This document shows positions 1 to 8,638 of a stretch of DNA of 64,000 bases, piece after piece; the first letter of the stretch is position 1, and each line of letters opens with the position of its first letter. Made by a program: the position numbers and the translations under genes. The notes beneath the pieces were generated by a model, which did not search any database, was not told where the DNA came from, and saw nothing but the letters and a program-made list of their open reading frames with translations. The DNA comes from an uncultured Verrucomicrobiae bacterium (GTDB lineage Bacteria > Verrucomicrobiota > Verrucomicrobiia > Chthoniobacterales > Chthoniobacteraceae). Location: NCBI GenBank assembly GCA_963769025.1, contig CAVYKI010000006.1:32001-96000 (forward strand), given 5' to 3'.

Positions 1-355
1 TCTCGGGGTCGCCGGGCAGCAGCATGTCGAGCCGCGTGCGCCATTCTGCGGACGCAGGAACGCCGAGCGACTCCAGCGACTTTGCGATGATGCGCGTGGC
101 CCCGGCATCGAGCGGGCTGTGCTCCAGTGCCGCGTTCGCGCTCAGGACAGCGCGCCTGAAGTCGCCCTTCGCGAAAAACTCCGACGCGCTCCGCACGTGA
201 CGCTGCGCATTCCACTCGCGGTAGCGGTGAACGGCGCGCGGCCACGCGAACATGCCACCGGCGATCGCGACAAACGCAAGCCCTGCAACCCACGGCCAAA
301 TACGGCGAGGCTGGCTCGATCGGCGTTCCTGTTTCTCGGACGGAAGGGATGACAT
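1..355 (-). CDS. N-terminal part of a membrane-anchored TPR-like protein (runs off the window)
   Basis: Not in the ORF track. Manual translation from ATG at 355 gives MSSLPSEKQERRSSQPRRIWPWVAGLAFVAIAGGMFAWP...FAKGDFRRAVLSANAALEHSPLD, open to position 1: one hydrophobic helix then a TPR-like helix pair. Divergent from the exosortase. Confidence 0.65.
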   Translation of the reverse strand, partial: MSSLPSEKQERRSSQPRRIWPWVAGLAFVAIAGGMFAWPRAVHRYREWNAQRHVRSASEFFAKGDFRRAVLSANAALEHSPLDAGATRIIAKSLESLGVPASAEWRTRLDMLLPGDPE

Positions 356-608
356 GGGTAAAAAATTTGAGGGCTGGCATTTTGCCGGCGCGCAGCAGGG
401 TCAGCGGCCGGTCTGCGTGCCTGCACTCGCGTGCATCACCCTCGCGCGACGCTAAGCATAGAGGTTTCGCAGGCAAGCTTCCGCTGCGCCGGCAGGTGGT
501 CGCGGTTTGGGATGGCGGCCCGTGCGCGAAAGGAACATCGCGCGGAGTGCAGGTCGCAAGACCGAGGTTTGCCTTGGCTTTCCGCGCTTCTGTGGAAACG
601 TCGCCCCG

Positions 609-2186
609 ATGAACCACCGCTGGCGCGGGTATCTTTGGATTTCCCTCCTCACCTTCCTCCTGCTCTGGGCCGATGTGGTCCGGAACCTGGGTTCATTTTG
701 GTCCACAAACCCGCAGTACGCATACGGCTGGACGGTCCCCGCGCTCGCGCTCTTTCTCCTCTGGGAATGCTGGATCACCCGGCCTGCCCCGTTCCCGGCG
801 CGGCGACGCGGCGTGGCATTTCTGCTCGCAGCGACCTTTGCCGCATTTCTGCTGCCGACGCGCCTGGTGCTGGAGGCCACGCCCGACTGGCGCCTCGCGC
901 ACTGGGCGCTCGTGGCGGAAGTCGTCGGCCTCTCGCTCTGTGCCGTGTACCTCACCGGCGGTCGGTCGTGGCTGCCGCACTTCGCATTTCCCATCGCATT
1001 CATTTTTGTTGCCGTGCCGTGGCCGGCGAGAATCGAGCAGGGGCTCATCCAGACGCTCACCGAGTGGGTCTCGTCGCTCACCGTGGACGGGCTGAATCTC
1101 TGCGCCATCCCCGCGATCCGGCATGGCAACGTCATTGAAATCAGCACCGGCATGGTCGGCGTTGAGGAGGCATGCAGCGGCGTGCGTTCCTTTCAGGCCA
1201 CGCTCATGGCTTCGCTGTTCCTCGGGCAACTCTGGAGTTTTCCGTTCCGTTCGCGGCTGATTCTCATCGGTGCCGGTGTGGCGTTCGCCTTTTTTTGCAA
1301 CGTCATCCGCGCCCTGCTGCTTTCCTTCGTCGCGGAAAAGCACGGCCTCGCCGCCATCGATAAATGGCATGATCCCGCCGGCTTCACGATTCTCGGCGTC
1401 TGCTTCGCCGGGCTCCTCGGCCTCGCATTGATCCTCCGGCCCAAGGTCGGACGCGGCCTCGCCGCCGCGGAAGGTTACGAGCCGCACCGGCTTCCTGGCG
1501 CATTTGTCGCGGCGCTCGCAACGTGGATCGTCATCGCCGCCGTCGGCACGGAGTGGTGGTATCGGTCCGCCCCTCCAGGCACCTCGGCATGGTGGCGCGT
1601 CGACTGGCCGGAGCACCAGCCAGGGTTCGCGGAAATTCCAATCTCGCCCGCCGTGCGCGAGTTGCAGTTCGACACGGGCAGGCAGGCGCGCTGGCGGGAG
1701 GACGACGGTTCGCGGTGGACGATGTTCCATTTCCGCTGGCTGCCGGGCCTTGCAGTCTCGCGCGCCTTTGCCCGCTGGCATAATCCGGACATCTGCCTGA
1801 CCTCCGCCGGGTTCAAGCGCGTCGCCGAATACGAGCCCACGGTCATCCGCCGCGGCGACATTGAACTGGCCTTCCGGACCTACCGCTTCGACGCCCGCGA
1901 CCAGATCAACTACGTGTTTTTCTGCGTCTGGGAGGATCGCCAGGAACCCGGCGCCACGCCCGGCCTCCCGGAAGAATGGACGGCCGCGGCCCACTGGCGT
2001 GCGGTGCTCCAGCGCAAACGCAACCTCGGTCAGCAGGTGCTCGAGGTCGCGATTGCCGGCATCGACGACGAGCAGGCTGCGCGCGCCGCATTCGAGCGGA
2101 AAATCACATCGTTTCTGCGTCCGGATTCGCTCCTCCCCGCTGTGGAAATCCCGGACACCGCGGCGACCGGCACCACCGCACGCTGA
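609..2186 (+). CDS. Exosortase/archaeosortase family protein with C-terminal EpsI-like domain
   Basis: Multi-TM protein with VEEACSGVRS, NVIR and WHD motifs (Cys/Arg/His triad); C-terminal HNPDICL domain; start taken at MNHRW. Confidence 0.9.
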   Translation: MNHRWRGYLWISLLTFLLLWADVVRNLGSFWSTNPQYAYGWTVPALALFLLWECWITRPAPFPARRRGVAFLLAATFAAFLLPTRLVLEATPDWRLAHWALVAEVVGLSLCAVYLTGGRSWLPHFAFPIAFIFVAVPWPARIEQGLIQTLTEWVSSLTVDGLNLCAIPAIRHGNVIEISTGMVGVEEACSGVRSFQATLMASLFLGQLWSFPFRSRLILIGAGVAFAFFCNVIRALLLSFVAEKHGLAAIDKWHDPAGFTILGVCFAGLLGLALILRPKVGRGLAAAEGYEPHRLPGAFVAALATWIVIAAVGTEWWYRSAPPGTSAWWRVDWPEHQPGFAEIPISPAVRELQFDTGRQARWREDDGSRWTMFHFRWLPGLAVSRAFARWHNPDICLTSAGFKRVAEYEPTVIRRGDIELAFRTYRFDARDQINYVFFCVWEDRQEPGATPGLPEEWTAAAHWRAVLQRKRNLGQQVLEVAIAGIDDEQAARAAFERKITSFLRPDSLLPAVEIPDTAATGTTAR

Positions 2187-2190
2187 TACG

Positions 2191-3486
2191 CTAAACCGCC
2201 AGCCGCTCGCTTGTCTCCGCCTTCAGGATGTCCTCGATCGTCTCGCGGCGGCTGATGAGTTCCAGCGTGCCGTCCGGCTCCGACCACACCTGCGGCGCCT
2301 TGCCGATGGAGTTGTAATTGCTGCTCATGGCGTAGCCGTACGCACCCGCATCGCGGAGTGCGAGCAGGTCGCCGCGCTCTGGCTTTGGCAGCAGGCGCGG
2401 CACCAGTTCCTCATCCGCGCCGCCGCGCGTGAAGACGTCGCCGCTCTCGCAAAGCGGACCCGCGACCACGATCGGTTCGCGCGGCTGGTTCGGGTCGTCG
2501 TGTTCCTTTCCGAGAATCTCGATCTGGTGGTAGCTCCCGTACATCGCCGGCCGAACGAGGTCCACGAAGCCCGCGTCCACCATCGCAAACGTCGCGCCGC
2601 TTCCCTTCGCGTTCGACTGCGTGCGCTTGATGTCATGCACCCGCGTCACGAGCGTGCAGGACGGTGCCACATAGTAGCGCCCCGGCTCGATTTCCAGCCG
2701 GAGATCCCGCTGCGCCGCCGCGCTGATGCGCTGCTGGCAGGAGGTGAAAAGCTCGCGCAGCGGCTCGATGGGAACCTGCGCATCGCGCTCGCGGTAATTG
2801 TGCGGGATGCCGCCGCCGAGGCTCACGCCTTCGAGCTTCGGGAAGTGCTTCGTAAGGTCGCGGAACTCCACCGCGAGGCGCGTGAGATTCTCGTGCAGCT
2901 CCTCAAATTTCGGCCCGCTGCCGATGTGCGCATGCAGCATCGTCACCGAGAGCCCGGCTGCCTCCGCCGCATCCTTCACCACCATCAAGTCGCTGTGCCA
3001 GATGCCGTGCTTTGACGACGGCCCGCCCGTGTCGCACGTGTTCACATGGCCGTGACCAAAGCCGGGATTCACGCGGATGCTCACCGGCCCGCGGTAGCCG
3101 GCCGTCGCGAGCTGCCGGATCATGTCGGGCGATCCGACGTTTGGCAGGAGCTTGTTTTCGAGGACAACATCGAGCGCGTTGTCGCGAAAGACATCGGCGG
3201 TAAAGCACACGACCGGCGGGTTGTTCCCCGGCGCGTGACCGGCGCGCAGCGCGCGCAGCGCCTCGTTGCCCGACACCGCGTCGATCCAGATCCCCGCCGC
3301 CGCCATCTCGCGCAGGATCTTCGTCGCCGGGCACGCCTTCATCGCGAACCGCGCCTGCACATGCGGCGCGCTGGTGATGAATTTGATGTCCGCAATCCGC
3401 TGGCGGACGACTGCGGCATCGTAAAACCAAAAGGGCGTTCCCACCTTGTCGGCGATCTTGCGGATGAGTTGTGCGTCGAGTTTCAT
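2191..3486 (-). CDS. lysA: Diaminopimelate decarboxylase
   Basis: FAMKA (PLP lysine), HAHIGSG, EPGRY, GPLCESGD, GAYGYAMSSNYN motifs. Confidence 0.92.
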   Translation of the reverse strand: MKLDAQLIRKIADKVGTPFWFYDAAVVRQRIADIKFITSAPHVQARFAMKACPATKILREMAAAGIWIDAVSGNEALRALRAGHAPGNNPPVVCFTADVFRDNALDVVLENKLLPNVGSPDMIRQLATAGYRGPVSIRVNPGFGHGHVNTCDTGGPSSKHGIWHSDLMVVKDAAEAAGLSVTMLHAHIGSGPKFEELHENLTRLAVEFRDLTKHFPKLEGVSLGGGIPHNYRERDAQVPIEPLRELFTSCQQRISAAAQRDLRLEIEPGRYYVAPSCTLVTRVHDIKRTQSNAKGSGATFAMVDAGFVDLVRPAMYGSYHQIEILGKEHDDPNQPREPIVVAGPLCESGDVFTRGGADEELVPRLLPKPERGDLLALRDAGAYGYAMSSNYNSIGKAPQVWSEPDGTLELISRRETIEDILKAETSERLAV

Positions 3487-3584
3487 CGGGCCGCGGAGAA
3501 TGGCGCGGCGCGCCGGACGGTCAAGCCGGTCTCACGCCACGTTCGCATTTGCCGAACCTGCTCACACCGCGCATAACCTTCGCC

Positions 3585-4445
3585 ATGCGCCTCCTTTTCC
3601 TCCTCGCACTCACCTCCGCCGCGTTCGCCGCAGAAGACTACCCGATTGGTCCAGACTCGCAGCCGCAGGCGGGCGTGCCGCAGGGCGAGGTGAAAAAGTT
3701 CACCTTCGAGACCAGTAAGCTTTTCCCCGGCACGAAGCGCGACTGGTGGCTCTACGTCCCGAAGCAATACGACGCCGCGAAGCCCGCGTGCGCGATGGTG
3801 TTCTTCGACGGCGGCGGCTTTGCGAAACCCGACAGCGGATTCCGCGTGCCCGTCGTGTTCGACAACCTGATCGCGAAGAAGGACATGCCGGTGACGGTCG
3901 GCATCTTCATCAGCCCCGGCACCATCCCCGCGACGCAGCCGGGCAAAAAGGACCGCAGCAACCGCAGCTACGAATACGACTCGATGGGCGATCGCAACGC
4001 GCGCTTCATTACCGAGGAAATCCTCCCCGAGGTCCGCAAGCTCGTCAAACTCACCGACGATCCCGCAGGGTGGGGGACATGCGGCACGAGCAGCGGCGGC
4101 ATCGCGGCCTTCACGCTCGCGTGGGAAAAGCCGGATCAGTTTCAAAAGGTGATCAGCTACATCGGCAGCTTCACAAACATCCGCGGCGGCTACGACTACC
4201 CCGCGCTCATCCGCAAGACGAAGGACAAGCCGAAGCCGCTGCGCGTCTTCCTGCAGGACGGAACCGCCGACCTCGACAATCTCCACGGCCTCTGGCCGCT
4301 TTCGAACAAGGACATGGACTCCGCGCTGACGTTCGCCGGCTACGATCACAAATTCGAGCTCGGTACCGGCGGTCACAGCGGAAAGCAGGGCACCGCGATC
4401 CTGCCCGACGTCCTGCGCTGGCTGTGGCGCGACTACGCGAAGTAG
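3585..4445 (+). CDS. Secreted alpha/beta-hydrolase esterase (enterochelin esterase-like)
   Basis: Signal peptide MRLLFLLAL; GTSSGG nucleophile motif; NRSYEYD; GSFTNIRGG. Confidence 0.85.
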   Translation: MRLLFLLALTSAAFAAEDYPIGPDSQPQAGVPQGEVKKFTFETSKLFPGTKRDWWLYVPKQYDAAKPACAMVFFDGGGFAKPDSGFRVPVVFDNLIAKKDMPVTVGIFISPGTIPATQPGKKDRSNRSYEYDSMGDRNARFITEEILPEVRKLVKLTDDPAGWGTCGTSSGGIAAFTLAWEKPDQFQKVISYIGSFTNIRGGYDYPALIRKTKDKPKPLRVFLQDGTADLDNLHGLWPLSNKDMDSALTFAGYDHKFELGTGGHSGKQGTAILPDVLRWLWRDYAK

Positions 4446-4539
4446 CCGCCGACGGCAGGAGGCGGGCACTCGTCGAACGCCAAAGTCGGAACGCGGAATG
4501 CGGAATGAGATCAGCCTGCCTCGTTCCCTCGGCGGCTAC
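4442..4539. repeat. GTAG-type REP doublet (REPIN-like), copy 1
   Basis: Starts GTAGCCGCCGACGGCAGGAGGCGG and ends CCTCGGCGGCTAC; inverted copy at 5935-6024. Confidence 0.8.
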
Positions 4540-5886
4540 TTTCCAATGCAGAACTGCCCGAAGATCACGCCGAGCAATTCCTCGGTGTCCGCGCGGCCGA
4601 CGATGTCGCCGATGGCGTCCATCGCCGCGCGCAATTCCTCGGCGATGAACTCCGGTGAGAGCGCCTGATCGAACGCGCCGAGAGCGGCGCGCAGAAAGTC
4701 ACGCGCCTTTTCGAGGCACGCCTGATGCCGCGCATTGATCGCCGCGCTCCAGTCGCCCTTTGCCGCGCCGCCGAGCGCCTTTGCCTCGATCGCGGTTGTC
4801 AGCGCGTCCATGCCGTCGCCGCTGGCGCACGAGATGCGCACCGCATCGACTTCGCGCCATCCCGAATGCACGCCCAGATCGCTCTTGTTCAGCACGAGCA
4901 GTGAGCGCGGCGCGCCGGCGAATGACTCCAGCGCGAGCCCGGAAAACTGATCCAGCGGCGCGCGCTGCGCCTCGGCGAGATGCAGCACGAGGTCCGCGCG
5001 TTCCATCGCCTGGCGCGTGCGTTCCATGCCGGCCTGTTCCAGTTCGCACGTGCTGTCGCGCATGCCCGCGGTGTCCATCAGCCGCACCGGGATGCCGCGC
5101 ACATTGATCGTCTCCTCCAGCACGTCGCGCGTCGTGCCGGGGTGATGGCTCACGATCGCCCGCTCGTAGCCGAGCAGCCGGTTCAGCAGCGACGATTTTC
5201 CGACATTCGGCGGACCGAAAATCACCGTGCGCAAACCCTCGCGCAGCACCTTGCCCTGTCCCGCCGTCGCGAGCAGCGCCACGACATCCGTGAGGGCTAC
5301 TTCGATGCGTCCGCGCAGCGCCGCGCCCGTTTCGGGCGAGATGTCGTCCTCGGGAAAATCGATGTACGCCTCCACCTGCGCGAGCGTGTCGAGCACCGCC
5401 GCGCGCAGGTCGCGGATACGTGCGCCGAGGCGGCCTTCGAGCTGCTCATTCGCCGCACGCAGCGCGAGGTCGGTCTGCGCGCTGATGACGTCCATCACCG
5501 CCTCCGCCTGCGTGAGGTCCAGCTTGCGGTTTAAAAACGCACGCTGCGTAAACTCGCCCGGTTCCGCGCTCCTCGCACCCGCGCGCAGCAGCGCCTCCAG
5601 GATGCGCCGCGAGACGAGCACGCCGCCGTGGCAGGAAATCTCAACGACATCCTCGCCCGTGTAGCTCGCCGGCGCTCGGAAGACCGTGAGCAGCACATCG
5701 TCCAGCCGCGTGTCTCCGTCGAAAATGCTGCCGAACTGCGCGACGCGTGCGGGCAGTTCGGTCGCGCGCTTCTTTGAGCGAAAAACCGCGTCGGCAATCT
5801 CCACCGCACGCGCGCCGCTCAGCCGCAGCACGGCGATCGCACGCTTCGCCGAAGGCGGTGCTGATGGCTGCGATGGTTTCGTTCAT
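4536..5886 (-). CDS. mnmE: tRNA modification GTPase MnmE (indel near 5840)
   Basis: MNETIAAIST start in an adjacent frame; SYTGEDVVEISCHGG, GPPNVGKSS, GTTRD, DTAG, NKSD, C-terminal FCIGK. Confidence 0.95.
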
Positions 5887-5934
5887 TCCTGGGAGAAAAG
5901 CAGCGCGGTTCGCATTCTCCAAGAGGCTTCGTTC

Positions 5935-6024
5935 GTAGCCGCCAAGGGAACGAGGCGGGCTGATCTCCATCGGGCATCGGTTCGCCGAGATTCAGCGTGC
6001 CCGCCTCCTGCCGTCGGCGGCTAC
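5935..6024. repeat. GTAG-type REP doublet (REPIN-like), copy 2, inverted relative to copy 1
   Basis: 5997-6025 is the exact reverse complement of 4441-4469; 5935-5967 matches the reverse complement of 4507-4539 at 31/33. Confidence 0.8.
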
Positions 6025-6054
6025 TGATTTAGCGCCCGCCGCTGCGCCCGTCGC

Positions 6055-7417
6055 CTACGGCAACTGCCGTCCGATTTCCTCGACGCGGTAGCCGAAGCCC
6101 GTCGGGCCGAGCGTGGAGAGATCGAGCACTCCGCCGCGGCGTCGGTACAGGCCGGGGTGGATTTTCACCTCGGGCAGCGACGCGTCGGGGGAAAATTGCA
6201 TCCCGTTGCTCTCGACGCCCATGATGGTGCCCGCGTGCGCGGCGAGGGTGACGTGCGGGATTTGCGCGAGCATCGGATTCGTGAGGTCCTGCACCATGAG
6301 CGTCATGCCGTTGGCGCGCGCCCATGCGAGGCTGAGCAGCGCGCCGGTGAGCGTCTTGCACGTTTTCAACGCGACGCCGCTCCAGCCGAGTTCGCGGCCG
6401 AGACGGACGAAGCGCCAGTCGTGCGCGCTTTCGTCGAGGAAGAGCGGCTTGCGCGCGCTGACGCTGCGGACGTCGATGCGGTGCGCCTCGAGGTCGTACG
6501 GGAATGGCTGCTCGATGTAGAGCATCATGCCGTAGATGCGCGGGTGCTCGACGAGGAGGCGGTCCAGGATTTCGCAGACGTAGGCGGGGTCGGTGACGGT
6601 GCAGTTGAAGTCCGCGGTGAGCCACTCGCTGCCTTCCTCGATGGCGATGTTGCCGATGCGGACGATGCGGTCAAAGTCCCACGCGGCGTCGGTGCCGCGG
6701 AGTTTGATCTTCAGGCACTTCAGTCCGTCGGTGCGAATCCAGTCGCGGAGCACGACCGGGTATCCGTCGTCCGGCTCGCTGCCGGTGCGATCGGAATCTT
6801 CCAGCGGATCGAGCCCGCCGACGAGGTGCCAGACGGGGAGGCGCGTCTTTTTCGGGCGGAGAAAATGCGGCGGGTGCAGCCCGGCGAAGCGCGCGTCGCC
6901 ATCGAGGAAATGCGCGAGGTCGGCGGAGAGGAATTCCTCGCCGAGCGTCTCGAAGACGGGGCGGCCGACGAGATTCCCGAACGCGTCGTGGATGGCGAGG
7001 TCGAAGAGCGAATGGCAGACGAGCGCCGCGAGGTGCGGCATGGGCTCCGAGTGGCCTGGCGTTCGCGGTCGCGAGGAGCGCGTCTAGGCGCGTGCGCTGG
7101 AATGCGTCGCCGATTTCCATCGGGTGCCCGCTTTCGCCGAATGCCGGAAGTTCACGCGCAAGCACTTCGCAGAAATCGCGCATCCGCGTCTCGCGCTCCT
7201 CCCACGGCAGCGGCGAAGGCCACACCCACGCGACGCTCAGCGGAGTTTCGCCCCAGCCCTCGGCGGTGCGGCCGGCGCGATCTTCCACCGTGACGCGTGC
7301 CCTGGCGCAGACGGAGCGGGAGACGGTCTGTGCGCCGAATTTCAGCGGGACGCGAAGCGTCGTCGGGAGGTAATGGAGGGAGACTTCACGGACGCGGATG
7401 TCGGAGGGTTTCGGCAC
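6055..7417 (-). CDS. Enolase superfamily (mandelate racemase/muconate lactonizing-like) protein, indel near 7050
   Basis: LKIKL, DFN, EQP, DES, ALKTCK motifs; N-terminal LRVPLKFG...GWGETPLS in ORF 6671..7453. Confidence 0.8.
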
Positions 7418-7495
7418 GCGCGGAGGCTGACGGACAAAAGGGAGGCGTGGCAAGCGGGACGATGACGGCGCGTGATCGCACCGCGACGGCCGGAA

Positions 7496-8569
7496 TTATT
7501 TCGGTGCCTCTTGCGGCGTGTCCGAGGGGACTGGAGGCGCGGGTGGTGCGGGGATCTTTTCAGCGGTTGCAGGCGGCTCTGGCAGCGGTGCGTCATCGTC
7601 GGCGGGAAGTCCGGCGCGTTTCCAGCCCTCCTGCGCCGCGAGTTGCTCGCCGAGTTCCAGCGGCCAGCGGGGATTTTCGAAAAGCTCGGGCAAGGTGACT
7701 TGCAGCTCTTTGATCCGCTCGACGAAGACGCCGTTTTCCGGGGAATTCGGATCGGCGATGGCCGGGTAGCGGCGCATCAGCTCCACCTTGGCGAGCCTTG
7801 TGATTTCCGCGGGCGTTTCCTTCGACATGCCGGTGAATGCGACCATCCCGGAATCGATTGTCACCTCATGTTCGCCCGCCTGGAAGGTCACGGTTCCATC
7901 CGAGAGTTTCTTGAACGGGAACTGGCCGCCGGCGCGGATGACGAACCGTTTTCCGCCGATCCGGATCTGGGCGTCCTGCGTGACGCGGATGAGCTTTCCG
8001 GCGGCCGGGTCGGGCGCGGGCGGAGTCAGTTCGTGGATGACGTCATCCTCCGGCGGCATAGGAATCTTTTCCACCGGAGGAGCGGGAGCCTTTCCCACCG
8101 TGGGCACCGGGAGTCCGTGGGGGTATTCGTCAACGGGAACGTCGGAGGGCTTTGCCGGTTCACCGCCGAGTCCGGCCTTTGCAGCGCGGTCCAGCTTTTG
8201 CACGCCGCGGTCGATGAACGGCAGCGCCGCGGCGAACAGTGCGACCGCGCCGGTCCCGATCAGCCCCCCGTGCGGACGATGGAATACGCGCAGACGGAAG
8301 AGCACCCACACGAGCGCAAAGGTCCCGAAGCTCGCCACGACCGCGCGCAGCGCCACGTGACTCGGGAGGTAAAGTCCCATCCAGAAAATCAGCAGCGCGC
8401 TGAGCAGCAAGCCGGCGCCGAGCGCGAGATTGGTGAGATCGCGGGGAATCCCCTCCGTTGCCGGTTGAGGGCGGGCGGGCATTTCCGCGGGAGGGGCGCT
8501 GATGCCGGAGCCGGGCTTTTCGGCTGGCTTCTCGGGAGTGGCGTGCGGGGTGTCTTGGGTTGGATTCAC
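7496..8569 (-). CDS. Hypothetical membrane protein (3 TM, Pro-rich linkers, C-terminal globular domain)
   Basis: 357-aa ORF directly downstream of the hybrid kinase on the same strand. Confidence 0.75.
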   Translation of the reverse strand: MNPTQDTPHATPEKPAEKPGSGISAPPAEMPARPQPATEGIPRDLTNLALGAGLLLSALLIFWMGLYLPSHVALRAVVASFGTFALVWVLFRLRVFHRPHGGLIGTGAVALFAAALPFIDRGVQKLDRAAKAGLGGEPAKPSDVPVDEYPHGLPVPTVGKAPAPPVEKIPMPPEDDVIHELTPPAPDPAAGKLIRVTQDAQIRIGGKRFVIRAGGQFPFKKLSDGTVTFQAGEHEVTIDSGMVAFTGMSKETPAEITRLAKVELMRRYPAIADPNSPENGVFVERIKELQVTLPELFENPRWPLELGEQLAAQEGWKRAGLPADDDAPLPEPPATAEKIPAPPAPPVPSDTPQEAPK

Positions 8570-8638
8570 TAGCCGGGCACGATGCCACGCAACGGCGGCT
8601 TGTCGCTACGAAAGTGTCGCGGCGCGCTTCGGCGCGGC

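Noticed and set aside
373..390. Sigma54 promoter upstream of the exosortase
   Set aside because: TGGCAT is present, but the -12 TTGC element is not at the required spacing.
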